Shown here one piece after another: positions 39,023 through 52,805 of a DNA stretch of 64,000 nt. This DNA comes from Mizuhopecten yessoensis (lineage: Eukaryota). Positions within the stretch are counted from its first letter, which is position 1. Each line of letters starts with the position of its first letter. Under the pieces are notes generated by a model. It did not search any database. It saw only the letters and a list, made by a program, of their open reading frames with translations, and had not been told where the DNA came from. The position numbers were made by a program, and so were the translations under genes. Location of the stretch: contig NW_018479929.1 of the NCBI RefSeq assembly GCF_002113885.1, positions 1-64,000 of the forward strand, read 5' to 3'.

Positions 39023-42000
39023 TTGTTAAAAGTATATGCAGTTTTATATAAAGACAAATAATAATAACGAAACACATGTCTATATTTCCTGATTCCAAAG
39101 TCCAAACAACACTCCATGATTTGCACGATAATATTGTTGTTGCGCAACCTGACAAAACATCTAATAAGTTGATCATTGTCTGCAAAAAACATTTCATTTC
39201 CTCCTTACAAACTGAACTGGAATTGATAGCCAACAAATAAAACACTGCTTATTTATTTTTCAATTTCTCGAAAGACAAAGTTTATTAAAAGAATTTCAGA
39301 TACCATTTAATGTATTAGATCTCAACTGTTCACTGGAATCCTGGTGAACGACGTTACATCGCTTTAACTACCCTTTATCATGCTACAGGTATATGTGCAT
39401 AACAGCATAGGGATAACACATTTAATAAATTAATTACATTTATTGAAAGTGTATTCAAATCATGATATATTCTACAATACAACATGAATATAGGGGTATA
39501 CTACCTTGATATATTACCCTTGTCTACCAGTGTATTTACCAGCAGAGTGTACATGTTTATTACTATCGGTAGGAAGTGTACGTTTACAACCACTTTATTA
39601 GTACAATTGACCACGGGGGTAAATAACTGGGATCGACTATAACAGATGTATCTGTTCTTTAAGTAGCTACATTCTCCCCTATAAATCCATATTAAATTCT
39701 GAAATTTTCAAAATGTGTTGTTTGCTTAGTTATCCTATATTTATCCAACGAGGACCTTTAGACATGTATCCCGTGGATTTAAGGTATGATAGTTTGTTTT
39801 CAAATATACGAGATTTTTTAAAATGTTCATATCAAAAACATGTACAGATACTGTTTCAATAGCTAAAGACATATTTATTTCACTCGGAAAAATTGAGTTA
39901 TCTCCCCTACACTGTACTGTTAAAACAGTTAATATTTGGAAAGGACTTTAATAAGCTAACCTGATGGCAAATCCAATTGGCAAAATCAAAGTCAATACAC
40001 TCTATTGAAAGTAAAATCTATTTTTTCAGGAATGGAAGAGAGAGGTNAAATTACTACTCACAGCTTTAAATTAATGTGGTCACCTAGTAGGCACCGGTCA
40101 AAAGGATACATTACATTAAGCAACTGTCTGCATTGGTACTAGACAAAACTGATACGCAGGGAAGTCGTAACAAGAAAATAGTTCTGCATTAATATAGCAC
40201 GAGGATACAGAGGTATGCCCTGTTGATGGATATGAGAAGGAAGTAACTGTTTTTATACAAACAACTTGATACGTACAACCAATTAAAGTAGACCGTATTG
40301 ACAGGAATAGCTAGCCTTTGCTATCCTGGTCTGGGTGATAGATTCAGTGCTACAGATTTACACCAAATGTAGGATTTTGGGATGAATTGTTCTTGCAGCT
40401 CTTAAGCGGCGAGTCAGGTCGCTTATGCATTTTTGTTAGATGATACCTAGTTGGTAAATTATGTGTCAAATCCATCCACACCCTTAGTAATCCTATATAA
40501 TTTACTACGTTACGTGACGTTCATATTGTAATAGGGGAGTTCCGTTGATAGTTTGCATATGTTGTCACTCCGATAACCCGTGTCTTGATCGTATAGTTTG
40601 GGTATTTATTACGGGTTAACAACCACAACTGCATCCCTCTCTAGATTCGTCAGGTAACAGACCTGATTTCAATACAGGTTCGTACACTGGGTGCACTCCT
40701 GCTCCCCCACCAAACAGCCTAGCAGATGATTGAGCATCTGTTTATCTCAAACATACACTAAACGAAAAGCCCACCCTTGATAATGGTGAATAACACAGAA
40801 AGTGACAGGTCCTTGTCTGTTAATCATATACAACAATCATACTTAACAAAGTAAACAAATGTGAGAAGTCAACAACCGAACTTCACACACTATAAATGTT
40901 TATGTAACACACGTATAGAAAAGAGTTTTAAAATGGTTGAATATTGATTATCACTGGTGGTCCTTTCGTTACGTTTTATAGTTATTATTGTCATTTTATA
41001 ATATCTTTGTGCATGAAAACAATTCGCAACACACATATAGAACAGTAGGGGAGGTATCAGTTTTCTTAAAATTAGTATAAAGATATATAAGTGGATTGAG
41101 GAAAGCAACGTCATCGCCATTGAACGCTGCGGTCGTTTAAAAGTCTTTTCAAAAATGCTTAAGCTGCCAAATTTTCATTGCATGATTGTATACTGCACCG
41201 TATTGATTTAGGACGTAATGTATTCATGGATCTGTTTGCTTTGAAAACCTTGTGCGGTAAAGGACATAAGGTCATAAGAAACACACCACTCATATATGGT
41301 ATCCCATGGAAGTGGAATAATATTGATATAGACATGCTATATGCTATATATGTGGACGATGTAACGTTCAATGATTGTAAATGAATACAGACACCTACAT
41401 GTGATCACATGAATAGTACCACAAACTACCGTAGAAAGGGGTCGATTTGTTGAGTGAGTGAATTTATTAAACTCATAGCGCATTATGAGTTGTTTGCTTG
41501 CAAAGCTGTGTCATTCAAATAGATCATAAATACCATACAAAAACAGTTCAATACTTATATTTACGTTTTCTCTGCCTCTTATGTTCTTTTTTAACTTATA
41601 ATTCATTATTAAAATTAAAAATGCCCGCCTTATCGACAGTCCACACAATTTCGTTCAATAGTTTGAACAGCGTATTGTCGCGTGCTGATTGGCGAACAAA
41701 GTAGTACTTTGAAATTTTAACAAACACTTCAATTTTATTCCACAATTCAGTATCAATACAATTGCGTATGATATGTCTATAGGGTGATTTAAGTTTATCA
41801 ATAGAACTCTGAGCTGAAAGTTAGATTTGAAATTGTTTCGATTTTTCCCCGGAACAAATTTCGCGCATGGACAAATACAGTGAACACCGTAAATCCGACC
41901 TTGCCCTCCACGAGGGAGTTATTTTTGGAAGTTAATTCGAACTTTTCTCTTTGCTCATTTTGTGAAGAATCCAGGCGTGAATTTATTTGTTGATTGTATG

Positions 42001-42130
42001 GGAACCTGACAACAGTCGGTAGATTCTATAACAGCCTCGTTATTTGACATGTCGTCAGAAACTGAGGAACCGTGGATGCGAGACGCGTGAAACTGATAGC
42101 GTTTGAAGTGAGTGATCTTGCGACGGAGCA

Positions 42131-42252
42131 CAGGTTCGTTACAAATGTCTGAAATGTTTATGTGTGCTTTGACTCATATCAGTAGGTCTGTAACATATGT
42201 GTCAGTAGGTCTATAGAATATGTGTATTTCAGACATTTGTAACGAACCCCTG
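42131..42252. mobile_element. Short foldback element/MITE with 23-bp perfect inverted repeat
   Basis: GGTTCGTTACAAATGTCTGAAAT (42133-42155) and ATTTCAGACATTTGTAACGAACC (42226-42248). CAG...CTG termini (hAT-like). No TSD seen. Confidence 0.65.
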
Positions 42253-43126
42253 TTGACCAGTGCAGTGTAACACACGATATTTCTGATAAATTGCAGGAGC
42301 GTTAAAATTGTTTCCATTGCCGGCATTGGTGCTTTCAACCGATGTGCATTTTGTACGATATTGCAGACCTTGGTCTTGTTTTCGTTGTAATAAAAGTGTG
42401 TTTTTAATTTTATTTTTCATTTTGCACATAAATTTACAATGACATTGTCAAATCTCACAATGCCCAGCGATATTTCAGCAGCCGTCATGTTTATTTATAT
42501 TGGATATTGTAGTTCCTGTCAGTGTTGTATTAATACGCTAAGAATTATGTCTCGTGATGCATGGTAATTAAAGTCCCATCAACGACACAGCTTTCAAAGA
42601 GGCTATATAGTGACAATGCCATGCAAATGTAAATATTATATATATACATATCAATCTAACCAAGCATGTTACTCTTTCAACTTATAAATTACATAATTAG
42701 CTGATCGGCGGCACAGTCAGCCTGTCGAGGTTTCAAGGTTAATTACGCCCTTACTCGTCGGTAGTCAATATAATAATCATCCGGTAACGTGTCTGGTATA
42801 CACGTTCAACACGTGGGGAAAACGAAACTTGTATAACCTCAGGTACCTTTATAATCCTGTACCGAACACATCTACAACATACATGACATCTACCACTTTG
42901 GTATGATGTAAATATATAGATAAACTAAAGACAAAATGTCACAGTTGTATAATTAAATCATATATCCAATATTCATACAGCAAAATAACACATTATATTC
43001 TGTTTTCAAATGTGAATAATTTTACACCCAAAACTTAAAATTTAAATTTTCACAAATATCCAACAATTTCCAAAAACTCCACTGATAAGCTATACCATAT
43101 ATTAAACATTATTTATTTTGCAGGAA

Positions 43127-43151
43127 ATGGCAAATGTAACACTGGAACAAC
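43127..43151 (+). CDS. Putative start micro-exon of protease-family paralog A (MANVTLEQ)
   Basis: Strong acceptor tttattttgcag|G at 43123, ATG at 43127 and perfect donor C|gtaagt (phase 1). Confidence 0.5.
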
Positions 43152-43839
43152 GTAAGTAAAATATATAATGTTAAAAATATATGGTATTTCTTTTACTTGA
43201 AAGACAATGACATAAATAGAAAAACTTTGATCACATTTTCAAGGATGCTGTTTGTTGTGCTCTGTGCTTGCGCTCGATTCTAAAGCACGTCAAAAACGAA
43301 AATAATAGATAACAGCATAACACAAAAAATGGCAATGTAAGACCAACATTCTTTATTTGAATTTCCTCCCCTTGTTTTATTTTTGTTCATTATTCATTGA
43401 CTAAAAAATTACATATTTGAATAAATTTAGGCCAAGTTCCATAAATACAACTAGATTCTGTTTTTACATATTGAGACCATAATGCTAAATGCATCTACAT
43501 TTTTCAACCCTTTTATTATCAACTATTTTAGTTATCAAAGTAAATAATTGTAATTTTAATCTATTATATCGATCTGATGTGAAGTTATACTTTATTACCT
43601 CTTTGAATTAATTCCTTTGTGTATTATCGACAAAACGAATGGGGAAACAAAAACCAGTAAAACTCTAATACATAAGAGCATTCTTGCGCCATAGAAAATC
43701 TTTCTTCATGAAACAACCGATTGAACTAAAACTCTATACCATCGATAGCAAAACGTGTACAAATGTACCTGCATGTTTAAGAATAAGATCTCTGTAAATA
43801 ACCCATATCGTCAACTTTGGAACCAATCCAACTACGTAT

Positions 43840-44791
43840 TTATTTAATGCTCTGACGTGCCTTCCATAGGTTTTATATAAATCGATCTGTGACACGTAGA
43901 GGTGGGGTTATTTAATGCTCTGACGTGCCTTCCATAAGTTTTACATAAATCGATCTGTGACACGTAGAGGTGAGGTTATTTAATGCTCTGACGTGCCTTC
44001 CATAAGTTTTACATAAGTCGATATGTGACACGTAGAGGTGAGGTTATTTAATGCTCTGACATGCCTTCCATAAGTTTTACATAAATCGATCTGTGATACG
44101 TAGATGTGGGGTTATTTAATGCTCTGACGTGCCTTCCATAAGGTTTACATAAATCGATCTGTGACACGTAGAGGTGGGGTTATTTAATGCTCTGACGTGC
44201 CTTCCATAAGTTTTACATAAATCGATCTGTGACACGTAGAGGTGGGGTTATTTAATGCTCTGACGTGCCTTCCATAAGTTTTACATAAATCGATCTGTGA
44301 CACGTAGAGGTGGGGTTATTTAATTATCTGACGTGCCTTCCATAAGGTTTACATAAATCGATCTGTGACACGTAGAGGTGGGGTTATTTAATTCTCTGAC
44401 GTGCCTTCCATAAGGTTTACATAAATCGATCTGTGACACGTAGAGGTGGGGTTATTTAATTCTCTGACGTGCCTTCCATAAGGTTTACATAAATCGATCT
44501 GTGACACGTAGAGGTGGGGTTATTTAATTCTCTGACGTGCCTTCCATAAGTTTTACATAAATCGATCTGTGACACGTAGAGGTGGGGTTATTTAATTCTC
44601 TGACGTGCCTTCCATAAGTTTTACATAAATCGATCTGTGACACGTAGAGGTGAGGTTATTGAATTCTCTGACGTGCCTTCCATAAGTTTTACATAAATCG
44701 ATCTGTGACACGTAGAGGTGGGGTTATTGAATTCTCTGACGTGCCTTCCATAAGTTTTACATAAATCGATCTGTGACACGTAGAGGTGAGA
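43840..44791. repeat. 68-bp minisatellite, 14 highly similar copies (intronic)
   Basis: Unit TTATTTAATGCTCTGACGTGCCTTCCATAAGTTTTACATAAATCGATCTGTGACACGTAGAGGTGGGG with exact 68-bp period. Confidence 0.98.
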
Positions 44792-45410
44792 TTATTTACT
44801 TTCAGTCAACATAGTAAGCAATGCAAATAATTATTTAACTGTTATGAAACTCATAATTACATAACAGTATGTTCTTTATGTGTTGTTTTTTTTACCCGCA
44901 CAAAGGTATGACCTTGGAAGAAAATCAAACAAAATAATGTCAACAGTTTAATTGATTTTAGAATCGCACAGTAGATTAATTGGAATCGATTAGATTTCGA
45001 TCAATAATCGGAACAACACGAGTCGTCACGTGTATATTCACTGTACTGATTGATACATTAGTTCACACAGGATTCCTACATACGTGTACTTAAGACGGTT
45101 CTATCAGCGATAAGGAAAAACACCGCTGTCATTATTGCATATATATGATTTCTTATCATAGAATATCATTAGCTATGGCCTTTAAATCGTACTCACCAGT
45201 ATTTTTTTTTATTGAAGATTAATGGATAAATGTAAGCTGATTAGTAAACGTCAGGATTCCTAATACGAGTAATTTAACATGGTTAAATCATCTAGTGGAA
45301 CAATTGCAATACTTTACACGTGTTAGTATGAACTAAGGTTATGTTATACATTGGTTCAATTCATAATTGGATCACATAAATTATATTTGTGACAATTATT
45401 CCGCATGCAG

Positions 45411-45559
45411 AACCGCCGCCGGGAAAGATTAGTATCGAGACCATATCAAAGAAAATCCTTACAGGATTTATTCAACAAACTGCACAAACCGTACACGCTA
45501 TGAGGCACAAACCGATATCAGCAGGGTCATCACGTAGGACTGATCAAGTCCTAGGCGAA
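45411..45559 (+). CDS. Putative exon of paralog A (PPPGKISIETISKK...DQVLGE)
   Basis: catgcag| acceptor, open frame, GAA|gtaagt donor. Phase 1 to 0, compatible with the preceding micro-exon. Confidence 0.45.
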
Positions 45560-46775
45560 GTAAGTAGCCAAACTATGCTTCCTTTTACAACGTTATGTTT
45601 TCCCACCACTCATAGAAAATATTTAAAAAGCGTGATGCACAGTCATTGTTCGGATACTCTCAAGAGCGCCACCGTTACGCTAATAGAAAACATGAGCTGA
45701 TGATGCTTTTTTAACTATTGATATTACATGCGCTAATATAAAGCAGTTGATTTTTGAATGATTTATCTTAATCATTTATTAAGTAGTCGTGATGGTTATA
45801 CCATTGGAATATGGTTTGGAGATTTCATGCTTATTTACATATTTACTTTTCACATGCAACTGTCAATTCTCTGGCATGTCTTGCGCCATGTTGGAACTAC
45901 TTTAGATTTTTCGATTATTACAAACAAATCATGTCATGACGTAATTCAAACCTTGACGGAAAAGTTCTTTTTTTCCTATATTGACATTTGTCGCCAGAAA
46001 GACACGTTTACAATAAAAGCACGACCTTAGCACTCCAAAAGGTTTTCCTCACTTGGTTTCCGTGGGCGCCGCACCTTTTATTAATACGAAACAAATATAA
46101 TTTATTTAGCTAATGAATGTTACAAGCCAAGTTTGTGAAAATAATCATGCACTCGTAAGGAGGTTAAGTCTTTTGAAGATGAAGATACATCAATTATATC
46201 CTTTTAACATCCACTCTACTACCACAGGCAGGAAAAACTTGTCTTTAAACAACAATAAATTTATGCTCACGGGTTAACATTGTCTCACTCTTTCTTAATG
46301 GGAAGGATACTTAAGGTTAACAACGTTTCCCCTTTCCAAGCCTCCGGGGTACATCACCTCTGAACTGTATAACAGTTAGTGTCGTTGAGTCAGAACTTAT
46401 TGCTGAATATATTTAGAATCCCTTTAGCTGTTGACACGGACCATCCAGATGAGCTATACTGCTTTACAGTGCTACATATGGATCTGCCCAACCTCTGTAG
46501 GACTCAGCACACATTTAAGATATTGTGATAATACATGTGTTGCCAATAGCATAATGTGTATACACACATCCTAATATAGAAGTTGGCTATTCTAGGCTAG
46601 TTGGTTTAGACTAAAAACAAAATGTGAGAAGGAGGCTAGGAATAGTGGAGGAGAACTAGTAGGTTTGGCTTACAATTCTTGCTTATTTGTGTACATGTTT
46701 TATTAATAACGTTTTTCTATATGATTTTACAACCAAAATATCTTATTATGATAAGATATATGTTATTCACTGCAT

Positions 46776-47135
46776 ATCGTAATATTACATGCGGAATGGG
46801 AAGCACCAACTGCGTAGAGAAAACACGTATCCGGGAACTGGCAAAACACCAAACATTACAAAAGTCAATACAGATTCGGGTATTTCGTCTAATTTGCAAA
46901 GTGGAAAGCTTTCCGCTCTTACAGCGAAACTTGCAATTCGCTAGGGACATTCAAAAAAGGTGTCAGAATATAGTTGATAACGTTGATGGGATCCATTTTC
47001 CGAAGTACCCAAGACTCCTTGATCAACAAGAACTGACGTTATATATAGCTACGGGCAGTGATGTGGATGATATTTCACAAAAGATATCTACCATAATTGG
47101 TGACCATGATTACAGTGAAAAAATGGATGTTACAG
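46776..47135 (+). CDS. Putative exon of paralog A (unknown domain; acceptor position uncertain)
   Basis: Coding-like open frame (FARDIQKRCQNIVDNVDGIHFPKYPRLLDQQELTLYIATG) ending at the phase-1 donor ACAG|gtaaca. The 5' boundary is unclear: a mutated acceptor at 46775 or a weak phase-0 one at 46873. Confidence 0.45.
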
Positions 47136-47746
47136 GTAACAATGTTAAAAATAATACCTTTAGCATACCGGACATACCGACCCCAAAGCCGATTCAAATT
47201 ATATTTCTATAAATATAATTTCTGTTTTCGTACAAAAATGTGGCATTCATATACTAATAAACATGCATCACTAATAATCTTTGCCTTATAATATGTCTAC
47301 ACGGCTATGCCGTACACTTCAATCATGTATTCAACGAGTTGATATGATAAACACACCGACCGTACAGCCGCACGCTGAACATCCTCTCACGTTATCTGAC
47401 CCCGTAACTTCAGTACCAATGCTAAAATAGCATTTACACTTGAGCCTTTCAGCAAAACACGATCTTTGAAATTTTGGCTTAATTTTTCTGCCCCACACTG
47501 CCCCACTCCAATGGTTTTGTAGAAAAAAATGTAACAAAATAAGTTGGTCGAAGATATGTCACTTTTTTTGAAAATATAAACAATAAAAGCTTCACGAGAA
47601 AAACTTGAAACCAGTGCAAATATTATCTATATTTTCCGCAATGGTTGTAGTTCCTGCTGAAGAGTATGACATAAGAAACCTACAATATAAAATGATCTTG
47701 AAGTTGGGTCATACAATTAATAGATATAAATTACGTATTTTTTCAG

Positions 47747-47841
47747 AGAAATGTTTCAAAGGAGACAGTAAAATTGTGACACCTGAACAAGACTATTCGT
47801 GTCTGATTCTCTTTCTACACAAAGATGAGACGAACAATTCT
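47747..47841 (+). CDS. Putative exon of paralog A (EKCFKGDSKIVTPEQDYSCLILFLHKDETNNS)
   Basis: tatttttttcag| acceptor and TCT|gtaagt donor. Phase 1 to 0 fits both neighbouring exons. Confidence 0.55.
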
Positions 47842-48127
47842 GTAAGTAGTTTGATAAAAGCTTGAAAACATGAACATATCATTTCAGTTTATCTCTTGAA
47901 GCTATGGTATAGAGATTTCCATTTTACTTTAAATATCCGAAATAATGACATATGACCAAAAAATAATAAACAAATGAAAATTATTAACTTATTTTGATAT
48001 AACGTTGTATACAATTTTAATATAACTGTAAGATGTTTATATGTACAGTTATAGTTATGAGTGCGAATACACTTTTGCATATTCATGTTATAACTGAATA
48101 AATATTACTCTCACTTTTGTACTCCAG

Positions 48128-48169
48128 CATAGTCAGATGAGGATAAACATCAAAGGAAACAAATCATTG
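48128..48169 (+). CDS. Putative 42-nt exon of paralog A (HSQMRINIKGNKSL)
   Basis: cttttgtactccag| acceptor, TTG|gtatga donor, phase 0-0. Confidence 0.5.
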
Positions 48170-48303
48170 GTATGAACCGACTATATTACTGTCAAATGCA
48201 CAACATAAAACTAATCTCTTTGATCCCCAAACAGTCCAACAAATTAAATTTAACATTTATTTATACATCATCAATTAACTAGTCATTTTAATTTACTGGA
48301 CAG

Positions 48304-48669
48304 ATACTTGAATCATCGAAAGTGTTGCATGTTCCAAGTCCACCTGTTGTTGCGATATCCGGACAAAGCCAATCAGTAAAAGATTTCAGTGAAGAAACAA
48401 ACGGCCAGCCGTGCATTCGACGAAAACTTACGCATATTCTAGGCGAAGACCTGTTCACCTATGCAAAAGAAGTGCAGCAAAGCCATGATGAATATGAGGA
48501 AATAATCAAGTCTCCAAACCCTGACCAAATAACCATGCTGCGGAACACCAAGGAAGCTGTGACTGTATTGCTTACCCGAAGAGTGCTTCCGGACTGTGAA
48601 ACATCGGCAGCTGGTGGCTCTACTAAATGTGAAATTCCAGATGATATAGATTCAGCACTGAATGAGTGA
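48304..48669 (+). CDS. Terminal exon of paralog A: first about 57 codons paralogous to 61030-61200, then an unrelated C-terminus; protease domain absent
   Basis: SQSVKDFSEETNGQPCIRRKLTHILGEDLFTYAKEV aligns with SQSVRVFREETESRTCIRRKLTHILGEDLFIYAEKV at 61097-61203. Same gacag| acceptor. Confidence 0.7.
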   Translation: MLESSKVLHVPSPPVVAISGQSQSVKDFSEETNGQPCIRRKLTHILGEDLFTYAKEVQQSHDEYEEIIKSPNPDQITMLRNTKEAVTVLLTRRVLPDCETSAAGGSTKCEIPDDIDSALNE

Positions 48670-51600
48670 GGGTGTTTTTTTGGCTTAAAACATAATTCTT
48701 ACTGCAATATAACTTTTGGTAAAAAAATAATCCCTATTCAGAAGACCAGTTATACTATTTTGTCAAAAGATATTGGGAAACAACTACATAAATAAGAATA
48801 TGAAGCTTTACAACATGTTGATTATATATCTAACCTGTGTTTAATATGCATAAATTAAACTATGTGATGGTATTGAATTTCCAAATTCATCAGTGGATGG
48901 CCTTGTGAGATACAATGAACTTTTTGGCCTGTATCTGTTGGGTGCGGTAATTTAATCCCATCAAATGTTTATACATGTTTATATATATTGTATATGTCTT
49001 TTCGGTATTAAAATAAAAGGTTAGAATTTAAACCATTAGATTCAATTATAATAAAAATAGGTATTAATAGTTGTTTCCCCTATTTGATTATACCAACTTG
49101 TTTATATGTGTTTGTTTGTGTTCTAATGTCTATGGCTATACTTGTACCACTGTTTGTTACTATGTTTGGAGAGGGCTTAAATAGGATATGCCTGCTGCCC
49201 AATCCATTTGTCCTTTGACAATAAAGGTTATTGAAATTGAAATTACTGAGTGCCAAATAGAAAACCAATCGAATTAGTAGATTTGTTTCTTTTTCTTTTG
49301 ATTTTTGCACCCGTTCTTTACTTTGATTTATCTTTTTACTTGTTAAGATGTCTATTTAGGGGTTATATTTTTGAATGAAATATGCGTTGTCTGAGATTTG
49401 AATTTTTAGCAGTGTTTTAATATTGTTTTGTAGTGTGATAATTACATTTACTACTACTAATCTTAATAATCGTTTCAACATAAATCATTTTTGATCCCAA
49501 TTTGTTTTTGCAACCTTATTTATTTTGATAAATAATATGTACAAATGTGTAAATATATGCGTTAACACTTGTGAATAGGTCGGATGTATTGAGTATTTGC
49601 TTTTGCTTATTCATCGTGTATTTTGTATCTTAATCGTGATTAAAAATGTGTTTCCCGTATAGTGCCGTATTGTCAATGCAGTATTCCGAGTTATTTAAAA
49701 TCGTATATGACGCGTTACATGTCTACTTTGTATTAGGGTTGCTGCTTCCACCTTCAGATATAAAAACTGTTTCCTTGAAAAAAAAAGAAAAACCTTCAAT
49801 AAATAATTTATTAAACTGTCTTTACTCAGAAAAAGTTATTTTGAAACGAACTATGTTTGTTTGAATATTTTGTACTGATGTAGTACGGTAAAGTCTGGGA
49901 TATTTTTATCTTCATCTTTATTTTTAATAAACAAATTATTGTCTTAAACATATAAAATATCGGTACAAAAACATACACTATTATCGTTCATTCACCATCT
50001 TGAAACTAAGTTCCTACTTATTATCCTTATCTATATATGAAGTTAGAACATTACATGACATTGCATCAAAATAAGACTCTAGATCGAGGAATATAGAATA
50101 AAAAACATCTAAAATTTTATTTTGTTATCTTTTTACCGAAACAAATGTGACCTTCTTTGTGATGGCGTGAACGGTAGAATGAACAAGTGTGGCAACTATG
50201 ATTAACGCGCTCGATGAAAAAAACATTCGTTGCACAGCGAACAACTATTATATTTTTAAACTTGATGATATTTCTCGTCATATTCGCGCATTTACATACT
50301 GATTACGGTCAAACAGTAAGGAACAAAGCCAACATCGTTTACTTAAAAGACATAGAAATTTGCATCTATTGAATACGAGGTTTATCATCATTCCACTGTT
50401 GCGTAATTAGACGAGATTTGATCCAAGAAGTGTTACCTGTTCCAAGGTGTTGAAATTACGAACAATAGTTGTCTCCAGAATATTATGTATCGCTGAACCG
50501 TCTAGTCATGCGCCGTATTTCAAACAGGTATCAATTCGCCGAACCTTCTTTCACTGCATATATACGATAAATTATACGAAGTCACAGTTTGATAAGCTAA
50601 AGATGAAATTCTGTAAATATATACATGAGGCAGGTTGATAGTCTTGCATAAATGACTAATTTTATTCAATTTGTATCTCGTATATATTGTTTTTTTAATT
50701 CATTATTTTGTATCGCAATGAACGTATAATCTTCCATATATAATATGATTTTCAGAGAACGAATTTGTTATACTCTTTTTTCTTTGTTTAAATTCCCAGG
50801 GACGCATACAGATATATTTTTTTTTATTAAAATTGCATACTCGTATTCAATAGTTTTATTTCATCTTACATCTATATTTGTCATTTCAATATGAAGAGCT
50901 TTATTTTGAAGTGTTATCAATAAAAAATATATATTGTAATACTTGATTGAATTATTCAATATCAATTTTTTTTTTCAAATTGTTTGAAATTTTTTATTAA
51001 TAAAAAAGAATTATCATATTCATTTTTTTCTTTATGTCTTACAGAGATTGCATTGCTGTTGAATTTCAGGACGTGACAAATCTCTACTTTCCATCTGAAA
51101 GTTCCATCTTTATAATTTCTCAAGATTTGGTTATGTATTTCCATCAGAATCTTTATTTTACTTCCGTCTGCAAGAAACAGAAACGTATACAATATCAATA
51201 GAAAAGTTTGTAGCTATCAAAGTGATGACAATACACGAGGAATAATATAGTTGTTCCCAAACTTGGGTGTAAGACAGAACAATTTCCACTAAGAGAATAA
51301 GATTAATGTAATTTCACCTTTATGACTACTACGGCTCAACACTACGCTGTAAATTAAAGAAAATAGATATTTAGTCAGTCTTTTTAATAATATTCATCAG
51401 TTTGGAAATATGTAATATCAATGTTTTAATTTCTACACAAACTATGTACGTATTAAACGTATGGTATTTGTAACCTATCTGTTATAGTGTGTAGAAGCGC
51501 CATATCGATAGGCGAAACACTAAAGGTGATAGCTTATATCATTAGTCAAATTAAGAGATGAATTGAAAATTGTTTTGGTTAATAGTTTACAAGAAATAAT

Positions 51601-52719
51601 TATCCGTTCTTGAAATGTTTCTGAATAAGAATAATTTAGATAAAACTAGTATTAAAAGACATCCATCATATATTCGAAGTAAACAACCTGAAATAAAGAA
51701 ATGAAAAGAGATTGATATATTTCTTATCGATAGGAAACGGTGATCACAGACACAGTCGTTAACATTTATGACACATGGAAATCATATAGAACCAGGTCAC
51801 CTAGTAGTCAACAGAGCTATCAATGTATGATTTTAAACATATAAAACAATCTGTTGTATCAGACAAAATAGTGATAACATAAACTCAGGTACATTACTTA
51901 TACTGAATATGAATAGACTTCTTTCGGTTGTATATACAATACTGTTTCCAATTATAAAAATATAAAATGTGTGAAAATAATCCTAGACATTTCCTTTAAT
52001 GTTACTATGACTTTACAATTATAAGATAAACGAGGACTTTGATAAAAAGGCCTGCAGACATTTAACGTACTGTATATGTAGCAGGTGAGAAAACTCTTCC
52101 TACTCTTTAACCAATAGTTTTATGTTTCCATTAGTGTGACGGATTTATTACTATACCCTTATAACATAAACAGTTATCATGTGCTTTTTAATCAATATAA
52201 TTCAAGAAACCGGTGAATTCTTTTAATCTAAATTTCGTATAACAAAACGATATTTAAATAGTGCCCTATAGCAATCTTACCCCCGTCTTTGCCATACCAT
52301 AACAATATATGTTAACACATTCTCCAACTGGAGTCGGGCGTCTGGTGTTAAAAATAAGCGCCGAATGATGACAACAAACACTAAGACGTTACATGTTGTA
52401 CACAACTATACATGGACGCTACAAGACATTTGTCTTCAAAGACAACATGTTTATCCTATATTTACCATCAAAACATTTACAATATCTTTCCTAAATTCAC
52501 TCAGCGTGGTATTTTCCATCTGCTTCTTATCGGCTCGGCTATGAATCCTCTCTCCTTTGCTCATTCGAAAGAGACTACATATATAAAAAAGACCTTTATT
52601 TATTTAACTACAATTATGAAGCAAACAAGTATGTGATGTGGGTCGAGAAAATTCATGTGATCGGGCAGGTGATCCAATTTCTTTTCACGCCCGATCGGGA
52701 GGTTGGACCCTGGCTTTGT

Positions 52720-52805
52720 TCGTCAAAGTATTCACTGCATCAGGCTAGTAAACCAGAGGTTACGGGTTTGAGCTCTGGCGGAGACATTGGAACTGATTAT
52801 TTTTG
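52720..52805 (+). mobile_element. Degenerate tRNA-derived SINE fragment
   Basis: GGCTAGTAAACCAGAGGTTACGGGTTTGAGCTCTGGCGGAGAC resembles a tRNA anticodon/T-arm (B-box) region. Confidence 0.4.

Larger units (their letters stand above)
43240..50640 (+). repeat. Segmental duplication copy A (paralogous to about 58800-63260)
   Basis: Shared blocks: 43250-43345/58810-58905, 43680-43840/59230-59385, 44798-44880/59493-59590, 48300-48475/61025-61203, 49280-49580/62517-62830, 50230-50590/62837-63230. Confidence 0.88.

Noticed and set aside
43840-44791. CRISPR-like appearance of the regular arrays (also 22018-23890)
   Set aside because: Units are contiguous with no unique spacers, there are no cas genes, and the context is eukaryotic.
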